Part shown: positions 39,488-48,731 of the stretch, piece by piece
How positions within the stretch are numbered: position 1 is the stretch's first letter
Layout of the letters: the number at the start of each line of letters is the position of its first letter
Virus record (IMG/VR): IMGVR_UViG_3300028920_001945
Span: 1-64,000 of that record
Length of the DNA: 64,000 bases
Source: a virus
Taxonomy: Duplodnaviria; Heunggongvirae; Uroviricota; Caudoviricetes
Direction: 5' to 3' (one strand)
Position numbers and translations under genes: made by a program
Notes under the pieces: generated by a model
Seen by the model: only the letters and a program-made list of their open reading frames with translations
What the model was told of the DNA's origin: nothing
Database searches by the model: none

Positions 39488-40055
39488 AACATACGTAGTA
39501 TTATTTAGTGGTGGGTTAGATAGTACTTATGCTCTATGGTACTGTGTGGCAAAGACAGATAATCCTGTTCATACACACCATGTTATTATAAGAAATGATG
39601 TATCAAAGAGATGGAAAGAAGAAAGAGAAGCTTGTAGGGATATTGTAGATTATTTACAAAAGAATTATAGAGATTTTGATTATTCAGAGTCTGGATTTGA
39701 TTTCTTTAATTTTAGAAATGTAAATTGGGATGTTGATATAGCTTTAATAGCTGGAATTATGGTAGCAAGAAATATAATGGGACTTAAGAGAATAGTATCT
39801 GGACCCACAAAAAGTGATTTAGATAGAAATCCCCATATTCCATCAGATATATTGAAGAGTGCAATTATGCCTAAAGACTGTATATATGAAGAAGGTTTTC
39901 GTCCCGGTATAACTAAAACTAAAAAAGAGATATATGATGAAATGCCTAAAGAATTATCCAAATTAGCATGGTCATGTAGACATCCAAATAATGGTAAGCC
40001 ATGTGGTGAATGTAAGGCATGTAGGCTTAGAATAGAAGAAGGAATCCCTTTATAA
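39423..40055 (+). CDS. queC: QueC-like PP-loop ATPase (7-cyano-7-deazaguanine synthase family), paralog 1
   Basis: PP-loop VVLFSGGLDST. C-terminal zinc motif WSCRHPNNGKPCGECKACRLR. 5' 65 nt overlap the LeuD-like gene. Confidence 0.75.
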   Translation: MADYLNTQEKNSEKKTFKIKPETYVVLFSGGLDSTYALWYCVAKTDNPVHTHHVIIRNDVSKRWKEEREACRDIVDYLQKNYRDFDYSESGFDFFNFRNVNWDVDIALIAGIMVARNIMGLKRIVSGPTKSDLDRNPHIPSDILKSAIMPKDCIYEEGFRPGITKTKKEIYDEMPKELSKLAWSCRHPNNGKPCGECKACRLRIEEGIPL

Positions 40056-40700
40056 ATGACTAAAGAAAAGAAAAAAATTGTAATTAAACCTCTTAAAATA
40101 GTTATGTTTAGTGGTGGACTTGATAGTACATTTATTCTTTGGTTTTATCTTACAAAAACAAAGTTTGATGTACATGTGCATCATATAAGAATTAGAAACT
40201 CTATCTCAAAAAGATGGGAAAAGGAAGATGAAGCAGTAAAAAATATAATAGAATATTGTAAAGAAAATTATAGGAAATTTACATATTCAGAATCTGCATT
40301 CGACTTCTTTGGTTTTCCTAATGTAAACTGGGATGTAGATGTAGCAGGTTTTGTAGGAACTATGGTTGCTAGAAGTCTTATTATATATAGAAATGAAGAA
40401 CCTCTTAATAGACCCATGACTATATGTGTAGGAGCCTGTAAGGACGATGGAATCAATGAACATAGACAATTAGGAATATTGGATGGTATCATAAGAAACT
40501 CTTCATTACTAGAACCAACCACTACACCTAGAGCTGAAAGAATAGCCTCTAATATGACTAAAAAACAAATGCTAGAAAAGATGCCCAAAGAATTATCAGA
40601 TTTAACTTGGTCTTGCAGAATTCCAAAGGCAGGTAAACCCTGTGGTAAATGTAAATCATGTAAAATTATAAATAAAGCAAAGGAAGAATTGGGATGGTAA
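40056..40700 (+). CDS. queC: QueC-like PP-loop ATPase, paralog 2
   Basis: PP-loop IVMFSGGLDST. C-terminal zinc motif WSCRIPKAGKPCGKCKSCKII. Confidence 0.75.
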   Translation: MTKEKKKIVIKPLKIVMFSGGLDSTFILWFYLTKTKFDVHVHHIRIRNSISKRWEKEDEAVKNIIEYCKENYRKFTYSESAFDFFGFPNVNWDVDVAGFVGTMVARSLIIYRNEEPLNRPMTICVGACKDDGINEHRQLGILDGIIRNSSLLEPTTTPRAERIASNMTKKQMLEKMPKELSDLTWSCRIPKAGKPCGKCKSCKIINKAKEELGW

Positions 40701-40736
40701 TGTGAATATGTTTAATAAAATAAAAGGAGAGATATT

Positions 40737-41057
40737 ATGGTAGACCATATAACAGATACATATACATTTACTGTGGAAGTAGTTCAACATGGAGATTTAG
40801 CTATATCAAATGTAGAATTCCCATCTCCAGTAGAACCAGGAGAAGAATATATTGTTGGTTACGATGTAATTAATAATGGTGGTAATGACACCTGTTTTGG
40901 TTTTATAGGCGATGTGGATAATGATAATATGGAAATAGCTGAAACTAGATGGCAACAAACTATTCCATCTGGAGAAGAACAGCATTTCGAAGCTACCCTT
41001 ACCGGTAGATCTAATGACCTCCATGCAAAAATTAATGTAGGTTATTATACGGAGTGA
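40737..41057 (+). CDS. hypothetical protein
   Basis: 106 aa. Confidence 0.45.
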   Translation: MVDHITDTYTFTVEVVQHGDLAISNVEFPSPVEPGEEYIVGYDVINNGGNDTCFGFIGDVDNDNMEIAETRWQQTIPSGEEQHFEATLTGRSNDLHAKINVGYYTE

Positions 41058-41061
41058 TATT

Positions 41062-41343
41062 ATGCCTAAAGTTAGTGTTTATGATGTAGATACTCCAGAG
41101 GAGGTATCCCCTGGAGATAGCCTTAATATAAAGGTTAAAGTGCTTCACACATCCTTACCATGGTGGTTAGGTGGACGATTAATAGGAGTGGTATCATTTC
41201 TAAATGAAGATGGAGAAGAATTATTTAGAAAAAGACATTTATTTAAACCTTGGTGGTTTTGGGGATATAAAACATTCTCATTTAATATCGATGAATTACC
41301 AGAGACCACAATGTTTAGTTTAGATGTAGGATGGACTGAATAG
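41062..41343 (+). CDS. hypothetical protein
   Basis: 93 aa. Confidence 0.45.
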   Translation: MPKVSVYDVDTPEEVSPGDSLNIKVKVLHTSLPWWLGGRLIGVVSFLNEDGEELFRKRHLFKPWWFWGYKTFSFNIDELPETTMFSLDVGWTE

Positions 41344-41351
41344 GTGATTAA

Positions 41352-41684
41352 ATGAAAAAGAAACAATTTGAACATTATAAGAAATTAAATGAAGATAAGA
41401 TACCTATAACAAGAGATGAGAATGGAGAAACAATGGATGCAGACTTTATATACAAAAAGAAAAAGAGGATAGTACCTCAAATGTCATCGCAACCAGATTG
41501 GGATCTATTAGAATTAAGACTTGAAAAGAAACTTGAACTAGGAATGATTAAACCCATATATAATATGAATGGGGTCCTTTCTCCAGAAGTACAAATTCAA
41601 GAGGTAAGAAATAGAACCGATCTTGGATATAAACTTATGTTAGCTGAGAAAGGTTTATTGGATTATATGTTGGCTTATGAATAA
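41352..41684 (+). CDS. hypothetical protein
   Basis: 110 aa. Confidence 0.45.
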   Translation: MKKKQFEHYKKLNEDKIPITRDENGETMDADFIYKKKKRIVPQMSSQPDWDLLELRLEKKLELGMIKPIYNMNGVLSPEVQIQEVRNRTDLGYKLMLAEKGLLDYMLAYE

Positions 41685-41865
41685 AATAGAAGCAACAATC
41701 AACAAAGGTAAATACAAGGGTAAGTATCTTGAAGTGATTATAGGAGAATCTAATACAGATACAAAGATAATCTTAGACGGAAAAGAATTAACCAATGTAA
41801 TGAATCTAGATATTCATATTGATTGTGATATGAGAACAATAAAGATGGAGTTGTTTGATAGATGA
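41677..41865 (+). CDS. hypothetical protein
   Basis: 62 aa. Confidence 0.4.
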   Translation: MNKIEATINKGKYKGKYLEVIIGESNTDTKIILDGKELTNVMNLDIHIDCDMRTIKMELFDR

Positions 41866-42551
41866 ATAAAAGAGATGTAATGTTCATCCGGCCATCTGAC
41901 TGTAGATATTGTTGGAATGGTTATTTCGGATTAGGACATGTTGTAGATTATGCTGCAGATAAATCCTTTAATATAGAGGATCTAAAATCAGAACAAGCTG
42001 ATAATCCATACATTGATGATACCGTTAATAGCTTTAATCCATTTATGATTTATGGATTTGGACACGGTAACGTTAATGTTTATACAGCTAATTCTGAGAC
42101 TCCAGTATGGGTAGTAGGAGAAAATCTAACTCATCTATCAGGTAGGATAATATATTTATTATCTTGTTTGACCGCTAATCAATTGGGTCCATATCTTATA
42201 GATCAGGGAGTTTTATCATATGGTGGATTCCTAGTATCGTGGACTTGGTTAACAGAAGATTTAAATGGAGATCCCTATAATGATTTTTATGCAGAAGGAT
42301 TCTATAAGAGTGTAAATAGATTCTTTGAATCTTTATTGGATGATAATGTTATGTCAAGAGCTATGCAGGATTCCATAGAGGAATATAATAATTGGATAGC
42401 TTACTGGGAAACATCGAATGATGAATCTGCCAGTGAAATTATTAAATGGTTAATCCATGATAGAGATGGTTTAATAATATATGGAGATCCAAATGCATCC
42501 ATGCTTGATATAATAGCTACTTATGATTTCACAGTTGAGGTTTCAACATGA
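41862..42551 (+). CDS. hypothetical protein (possible Cys/His peptidase-like)
   Basis: CRYCWNGYFG and YGFGHGN resemble papain-like Cys and His sites only weakly. Confidence 0.45.
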   Translation: MNKRDVMFIRPSDCRYCWNGYFGLGHVVDYAADKSFNIEDLKSEQADNPYIDDTVNSFNPFMIYGFGHGNVNVYTANSETPVWVVGENLTHLSGRIIYLLSCLTANQLGPYLIDQGVLSYGGFLVSWTWLTEDLNGDPYNDFYAEGFYKSVNRFFESLLDDNVMSRAMQDSIEEYNNWIAYWETSNDESASEIIKWLIHDRDGLIIYGDPNASMLDIIATYDFTVEVST

Positions 42552-42793
42552 TAAAAATATATTCCGTACCAGATTGCAAATTATGTAAAAAAGCAAAGGA
42601 ATTACTAACAAAAATGAATATAGAATTTGAAGAATATAATCTCAAAAAACCAGAAAATAGAGATGCCAGAAAATTCTATAGGAATTTAGGAGTAAAAACG
42701 GCTCCCATTATAGTTGGAGTAGACAAAAAAGGAGAAGAATGGATTCTAACAGAATTCAATGAAGAATCCCTATTAGAATTACTAGGAGTTTAA
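42548..42793 (+). CDS. glutaredoxin/NrdH-like redoxin
   Basis: IYSVPDCKLCKKAK CxxC active site in a thioredoxin-fold-sized 81-aa protein. Confidence 0.65.
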   Translation: MIKIYSVPDCKLCKKAKELLTKMNIEFEEYNLKKPENRDARKFYRNLGVKTAPIIVGVDKKGEEWILTEFNEESLLELLGV

Positions 42794-42797
42794 TATA

Positions 42798-43049
42798 ATG
42801 AAAAATAAAGAAGAGGAATCAGGAAATATACCAGAGTTTGATGAAGAGGATATAGAAGATATAGATGAGGATGAAGAAGATGAAGAGGAAGAAGAAGAAA
42901 AGAAGTCAGATAATCCAACTAGAAGAATACAGGTTTGTACCTTAAATACTCAAGTAGAAATAACTTCTAGTGATCCAGAAGATAGACTTGAAAAACTAAA
43001 GGGAATGGCTGAAGACCTAATAAATAAATATGGTAGGTTAAAGGAATGA
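42798..43049 (+). CDS. hypothetical acidic protein
   Basis: EDIEDIDEDEEDEEEEEE tract. Confidence 0.4.
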   Translation: MKNKEEESGNIPEFDEEDIEDIDEDEEDEEEEEEKKSDNPTRRIQVCTLNTQVEITSSDPEDRLEKLKGMAEDLINKYGRLKE

Positions 43050-43064
43050 TTAAGGAGTTTACAA

Positions 43065-43259
43065 ATGAACTGTCCAAAGTGCAATGCAAAGAGTATGGTA
43101 AAGAATACCATATACAAGACAGGATTTACATTGAGATATAGACAATGCTTAAATAAGAACTGCAGATGGAGATTTAAAACAAAAGAAATGCTGGCAGATG
43201 AATGGAATTATAAAGGCATCGTATTAAAGATTAAAAAAATAATAAATGAAGTAAACTGA
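43065..43259 (+). CDS. TFIIS/TFS-type zinc-ribbon protein
   Basis: CPKC-x17-RYRQCLNKNCRWRF matches the TFIIS C-terminal ribbon pattern CxxC...RxxxCxxCxxxW. Confidence 0.45.
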   Translation: MNCPKCNAKSMVKNTIYKTGFTLRYRQCLNKNCRWRFKTKEMLADEWNYKGIVLKIKKIINEVN

Positions 43260-43379
43260 TATCCCAGAAAATATATATGTCTTTTTTATAGTATATATAG
43301 CAATCCATTTTGCTACATATACTAAAAAAATGAGATATTTTAGTAACATGCACGTGAAGTGTAGGGGTTTGATGAACAA

Positions 43380-43679
43380 ATGGAAAATAACTCTCAAATA
43401 GATGGAACTACCAAGGAATATATGGATAACCATCCAAGTTATAAGATAGTATGGGATGATTATAAGAGAGGAAAGATAAATATAAAAAGATACATTTCTG
43501 ATATCCTTAGGAAGAAGGATATTTCCATATCCAAGGATGGAATGGCAGAAGTGACATCTCGTGTATATGATATGATATATGATGATATAACTAATATAAG
43601 TGAGATGATTGTAGAAGATGGTAGAAAGAGAATTAGAGAAGAAGATATAATAAATTATTATAGTAAGTTGATTATATGA
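43380..43679 (+). CDS. hypothetical protein
   Basis: 99 aa. Confidence 0.45.
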   Translation: MENNSQIDGTTKEYMDNHPSYKIVWDDYKRGKINIKRYISDILRKKDISISKDGMAEVTSRVYDMIYDDITNISEMIVEDGRKRIREEDIINYYSKLII

Positions 43680-44116
43680 ACATTAAAGTAGAGACACTAC
43701 ATATAGAAAAACCAACAAAAGATTTATATTCCATACTTGGATATAAACATACAATAGATCTCCCAACAGAAATAAATGGAACTGCTAGATTGATTCACGA
43801 TCCTCAGTTAGATTTTGATAAGTTAACAAATAATGAAGAACCCTTAACACTCTATGCTGACCTTAAGGGAGATAGTTATTTATTAAAGAATTGTAGAATA
43901 ACTGGTTATGATGTCACTATGACTAGTGGAGGACCAATAGAATCTACATTTGATTTTGTAGCTGAAGATGCAGTGAGTCCTGCATATGTTAAAGTTAAGT
44001 TTAGAGATGTAGAAGTCGAGGTGGACTATAAACACTATTCAAAGTTGGAAGGAGAAGACTTTGAGAGTATGACCTATTCAGATTTTAAGGATAAGGTCAT
44101 GGTAGAGGAATTATAA
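43676..44116 (+). CDS. hypothetical protein
   Basis: 146 aa. Ends VMVEEL. Confidence 0.45.
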   Translation: MNIKVETLHIEKPTKDLYSILGYKHTIDLPTEINGTARLIHDPQLDFDKLTNNEEPLTLYADLKGDSYLLKNCRITGYDVTMTSGGPIESTFDFVAEDAVSPAYVKVKFRDVEVEVDYKHYSKLEGEDFESMTYSDFKDKVMVEEL

Positions 44117-44117
44117 T

Positions 44118-44606
44118 ATGGAAGAAGAAATATCAAGAATAGAAGATCTTATTGAAAGACGAGCAAATAGAAAGTTTGAAGAAAGCACAAAAATTGTTAA
44201 AGTAGATAGAAAGAAAATGTTAGAAAATCTTAAGGCAGCCAAACAGGATATAAAGGATGAACAGAAGAAAGCTGAAGACCTTTGGAAACAAGCTATTGAA
44301 GCTTATTATGAATATATGAAGAAACATATGGCATCAAAACAAATAGGCAATCCTCCCGATAAGCCTAGATTACCAGAAGAATATGATACTATTGATGGAT
44401 ATACTCATCTATTTGAAAGCCTAACGGATGATAAACTAAATTTAGAAATAGATTTTCTAGAAAAGATTTATCTAAAAACAGCCAAAGGAATAACAGAAGC
44501 TAAACAAAGTACTGCATATATGGCAGCATTTTGTAGTGGAAGTGCTTTTGGTGTAAGTGATTTTAGTCTAAATACAACTGGAGTTTACAACTACAAAGAG
44601 GAATAA
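44118..44606 (+). CDS. hypothetical protein
   Basis: 162 aa. Confidence 0.45.
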   Translation: MEEEISRIEDLIERRANRKFEESTKIVKVDRKKMLENLKAAKQDIKDEQKKAEDLWKQAIEAYYEYMKKHMASKQIGNPPDKPRLPEEYDTIDGYTHLFESLTDDKLNLEIDFLEKIYLKTAKGITEAKQSTAYMAAFCSGSAFGVSDFSLNTTGVYNYKEE

Positions 44607-44608
44607 AT

Positions 44609-44884
44609 GTGATTCCATATCCCTATGGAAAACCCGCTATACAGCCAAAACAATATGTAATCAAAAGAAAGGATAGATATATTCTAGAATTATCAGATGG
44701 TACACCAACATTTGATTTAGGAAGCAATTTAGAAAGGGTAGCAGAATATTTATATTCATTCAAATTTAGTATAGGACATGGAGATTTTTTTGAAGGTCTA
44801 GAAGAACTTTGTGACATAGAATATAATTTATCTAATAGAGATTTAAAAATATTAAAAAATTTAAAAATGGTGGAAAAATTATAA
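44609..44884 (+). CDS. hypothetical protein
   Basis: 91 aa. Ends KMVEKL. Confidence 0.45.
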   Translation: MIPYPYGKPAIQPKQYVIKRKDRYILELSDGTPTFDLGSNLERVAEYLYSFKFSIGHGDFFEGLEELCDIEYNLSNRDLKILKNLKMVEKL

Positions 44885-45079
44885 TATAAGTAAGGAGGAA
44901 TAAAGTTTGGAATTTGATGAATTGAAGAAAATAATAGAAGCATTAGAAGGAGCATCAGAACAATATATAGTAAAGTCTTTCAAACCATGGACTAGTAATG
45001 GTAACAAAGAATACATTACCATTCAGTTAATTAAGAAAGATTAAAGTATGTTTAATGTTATAAGAATGGAGAACTAATT

Positions 45080-45307
45080 ATGACAGAAGAATTTACAGGT
45101 TTTGATATTAAGGAAGAGAAACCTATAGAAGAACCAAAACCTAAGCCTAAGCCAAAAAAGACTTTATCTGAAAAAGATATATCAGAAATAGAAACAAAGA
45201 TTAGAGAGGCAAGAGAACTCTTAAATATAAGTCTAAAGAATAGAAATTCAGATGGTATAGATGAGGCTATAAATATATTAACAGATGTAATTAAGAAAGT
45301 TAAATAA
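45080..45307 (+). CDS. hypothetical protein
   Basis: 75 aa. Confidence 0.4.
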   Translation: MTEEFTGFDIKEEKPIEEPKPKPKPKKTLSEKDISEIETKIREARELLNISLKNRNSDGIDEAINILTDVIKKVK

Positions 45308-45318
45308 GGAGACTATAC

Positions 45319-45840
45319 ATGCCAAGAAAAAAGGGAAGCAAAAATAAAAAGAAATTTACCACAAAAAAAGAAGACCCTCTTAAAGATTACAAAGAGGAAG
45401 ATAAAGAAAAAGGAGATTCTATATTTGATGAAGGAGAAACAGTAAAAGCAACTACATCAGAAGAACTAAAAGACAAAAAGGAAGTAGAAGAGATAGAGCC
45501 CATAGAAGAAGTCAAGGAGATAAAATTCGATGAGAATGCTCTGATAAGAAATTCTAGAAGAATAGTCAATTATACAGAAGGAATAAAGAATATGGTAGAT
45601 AGATCTAAGGGAGCAGGACGTTCACACGATATCCCAAAGATGTTGCATCACCTCAGAAGGTTAGCGGATTTATCAGCTGGTCACTCAACCATCAATGGAT
45701 ATATAAAAACAATGGAAGAAAAAGTTAATGTATGCAAAGCTATTCATGTAAAAAAAGAAAGAATACCAGTTATCCTAGAAATAGGAAAAATAGCCGATGA
45801 TCTATTAGATGAGATAAAGCCTTATGCGAGACGCAGATGA
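45319..45840 (+). CDS. hypothetical protein with basic N-terminus
   Basis: MPRKKGSKNKKKFTTKK... Confidence 0.45.
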   Translation: MPRKKGSKNKKKFTTKKEDPLKDYKEEDKEKGDSIFDEGETVKATTSEELKDKKEVEEIEPIEEVKEIKFDENALIRNSRRIVNYTEGIKNMVDRSKGAGRSHDIPKMLHHLRRLADLSAGHSTINGYIKTMEEKVNVCKAIHVKKERIPVILEIGKIADDLLDEIKPYARRR

Positions 45841-46186
45841 TTGGATTAATAGTATAATTAGAGACTTCTTTGGAGATGGACCTATTGGAGGAGCTATAAA
45901 GAGAGGGCATACCTCCAGTAGAAGATATTATGACAATTCTGATGATATTATGGAGGATGAAGATAATGTCTATATTTCATTTGAATTGAAATACAATAAG
46001 GATGATTATCAGGTAATCCCCAGAGAAGAAGTAGTTATAATTTATCTAATAACGACCAATGATCAAATTGTATATAGACTTCCATGTAAAGTAGAGCCAG
46101 ACTCTATAAAGTATACCCATGAAAATTATGTTATGGATATAACATTAAAAAAGAAAAAAGAGGAGAAGATTGATGACGATGAGTGA
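45824..46186 (+). CDS. hypothetical protein
   Basis: 120 aa. Confidence 0.45.
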   Translation: MRDADDWINSIIRDFFGDGPIGGAIKRGHTSSRRYYDNSDDIMEDEDNVYISFELKYNKDDYQVIPREEVVIIYLITTNDQIVYRLPCKVEPDSIKYTHENYVMDITLKKKKEEKIDDDE

Positions 46187-46376
46187 ATTTGAGGAAGTTT
46201 GCAAAATCCTTAAAGATAGAGGTTATAGAGCAGTTAGTATGGAAGGTCCAACAAAAAGAATATTTATAGATGATGAACATAACATAAATATAACTATAGA
46301 AATAGATAATGACACTCTAACTGCTGAAGATGAGAAAATTATAGAAGAACGTTTAATAGAATTAGGTTATCTATAA
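46170..46376 (+). CDS. hypothetical protein
   Basis: 68 aa. Confidence 0.4.
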   Translation: MMTMSEFEEVCKILKDRGYRAVSMEGPTKRIFIDDEHNINITIEIDNDTLTAEDEKIIEERLIELGYL

Positions 46377-47299
46377 TGAAAAAGAAAAAAGTGGTAATTA
46401 CCGGAATAAGTGGCTTCATTGGAAGTAACTTAGCAGAATATCTTGATACAGATTATGATATAGTTGGTTTTGATAGAGAACCATGGAAGGATCAGAATAA
46501 TAGACCGTTTTTTAAACAGGATATAAATGATCCCCTAACAGATTTGCATGATGTATATGCAGTCATTCATCTGGCAGCCAAAGCTGGAGTTAGAGAATCT
46601 CAAGATAATTTTGAACAATATGTTCATGATAATATTCTTGGAACAAAATCTATTCTAGATAAATGTATAGACTGGAAACCTTCCATTATATTAATTGCAT
46701 CTTCTTCCAGTATATCAGGGGATAAGGAGAGAGGACACTTTCCAAAATCATTATATGCAGTCAGTAAAGTTACAACAGAAGAGATTTTAAATTCCTATAT
46801 AAGAAATGGGTTATTGGATAGTGATACAACTACTTCAATATTAATACCCTATACTGTATATGGACCCAATCAGAGAAAAGGTCTAGCTATAAGAAATTTT
46901 ATAGATGCAATTATTAGAGAGCAACCCATAACTATATATGGAGATGGAACTCAATCTAGAGATTTCACATACATAGAAGATCTTTGTATAAAGATAAAAC
47001 AAATGCTAGATGAACCTCATAGTATAGGACAAATAACTCATTTAGGTTCAAGAAAACAATACACCATAAATCAGATTATATCTATGATAGCGAGAATTAC
47101 GGAAAAACCCATAACGGTTAATTACGTACCAAGAAATAGATTTGATGTTGATTCTACTCTAGCTCCATATCCATGCTTAGATAAAATAACACCCATAGAG
47201 AGAGGATTAGAAAAACAAATTAAGTGGGCAAAGAATATCTATAATATAGAAAGATTAAGAAAGAATGCCCAAAATTTAAATAAGGAAAAGAAAAAATGA
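46376..47299 (+). CDS. NAD-dependent sugar epimerase/dehydratase (extended SDR)
   Basis: VVITGISGFIGSNL Rossmann motif and YAVSK catalytic YxxxK. Confidence 0.85.
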   Translation: MKKKKVVITGISGFIGSNLAEYLDTDYDIVGFDREPWKDQNNRPFFKQDINDPLTDLHDVYAVIHLAAKAGVRESQDNFEQYVHDNILGTKSILDKCIDWKPSIILIASSSSISGDKERGHFPKSLYAVSKVTTEEILNSYIRNGLLDSDTTTSILIPYTVYGPNQRKGLAIRNFIDAIIREQPITIYGDGTQSRDFTYIEDLCIKIKQMLDEPHSIGQITHLGSRKQYTINQIISMIARITEKPITVNYVPRNRFDVDSTLAPYPCLDKITPIERGLEKQIKWAKNIYNIERLRKNAQNLNKEKKK

Positions 47300-48189
47300 G
47301 CTTTGATTTAGCTATGGCCTTTGATAAGGCAGAATATCTAAATCCTCAAATATATATGCTCATAGATACCTTAAAGGATAATATTCCTAAGGATACAATA
47401 CTTCATATTAATACAAATCGTTCCGATGACAATGAACTACTACAATATATCCATAAGTGTTTAGGGACGATAGTATATAAAAAACCTCCATTTGAGGATT
47501 TAAAGTCAAGGTGTCAATATATGTTTCATGCATTTGAAATTGAAACAGATAAAGAATGGATAATGAAAATAGAAGGGGATCTGCTGGTACTTAAGAATCT
47601 TAACGAATTTGATAAGTTATTGAAGCCAGAGTATGATCTGGTTATAGAACCTGAGAATAGAAAAATACATTCAGATATTATCGCCACAAAACTTTGGAGA
47701 TTAATATATAATCGTCTTGATATAAAACAACCTAAGGATAAAATTGTTTTTAGGGAGAACAATGAAGAAGGTTTACCATTGTATGGAACTGGATTAGTTT
47801 GTGTAAAGAACAAGCATCTAGAAACTATTAATAATAGATGGATTCCATTAACTAAAATTTGTGAGGACTGGATTCAATTTAATATTCATCCAAATGAATT
47901 TGCCTTTACTGCTATGACATATGATGAAGGATGGAACACTTACTTATATCCTCCAAAATATAAATTCAATCCAATAGGACATTTCAGAAAGGGGGATTAT
48001 CCTTCAACTGAATTGATAGAGAACTGTAAATTACCAGAAGATACAATTATCTTTGATTATCATAGACCTGAATGGTTGATGCATGTTGCTAAATATAATG
48101 AGAATATTCGTAATATTATAAAACGAAATAAGAAATATATACCAGAAGACTGGTGGAATCTAACTACAGGAGATTTTCAGGAAGGATGA
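47296..48189 (+). CDS. hypothetical protein in glycan cluster
   Basis: 297 aa with no clear motif. Possibly a glycosyltransferase-like fold. Confidence 0.45.
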   Translation: MSFDLAMAFDKAEYLNPQIYMLIDTLKDNIPKDTILHINTNRSDDNELLQYIHKCLGTIVYKKPPFEDLKSRCQYMFHAFEIETDKEWIMKIEGDLLVLKNLNEFDKLLKPEYDLVIEPENRKIHSDIIATKLWRLIYNRLDIKQPKDKIVFRENNEEGLPLYGTGLVCVKNKHLETINNRWIPLTKICEDWIQFNIHPNEFAFTAMTYDEGWNTYLYPPKYKFNPIGHFRKGDYPSTELIENCKLPEDTIIFDYHRPEWLMHVAKYNENIRNIIKRNKKYIPEDWWNLTTGDFQEG

Positions 48190-48731
48190 AAAATCATAAG
48201 CCTACAACACAATTCATAAAACGTATTTATAAAAAACAGAACTTAATTGGAGTAGAAGTAGGTGTATGGAAAGGTAGTAATGCTAAAGATATGTTAGAGT
48301 TTCTACCCATAAAGAAATTATATTTAGTAGATCCATATCTACATTATAATAATTATAATGATTATAAAGAAGACGATATGGATGAGATGTATCTGAAAGT
48401 TAAAAAGAAATTTGAACCATTTGGAGATAAGGTTGAATTAATTAGAAAAATGTCCTTTGATGCATTAGATAATATTCCAGATGAATGTGATTTTATTTAT
48501 ATAGATGCAAACCATGCATATGAATTTGTTAAGAAGGATTTAGAATTATTTTATCCAAAAGTAAAAAAAGGTGGAATATTGGGAGGTCATGATTATCATT
48601 ATCTAAGACATCCAGGAGTAACCAAAGCAGTAGATGAATTTTGTAATAATATTAATAGTAAGATTTATAGTATGATTGAAAGTATAGATAGTAGAGGATT
48701 AGAAGTATCAGATTGGTGGATGATTAAATAA
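48153..48731 (+). CDS. class I SAM-dependent O-methyltransferase (TylF/MycF-like)
   Basis: LIGVEVGVWKGSNA SAM motif I and DANHAYEFV motif. Confidence 0.7.
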   Translation: MESNYRRFSGRMKNHKPTTQFIKRIYKKQNLIGVEVGVWKGSNAKDMLEFLPIKKLYLVDPYLHYNNYNDYKEDDMDEMYLKVKKKFEPFGDKVELIRKMSFDALDNIPDECDFIYIDANHAYEFVKKDLELFYPKVKKGGILGGHDYHYLRHPGVTKAVDEFCNNINSKIYSMIESIDSRGLEVSDWWMIK

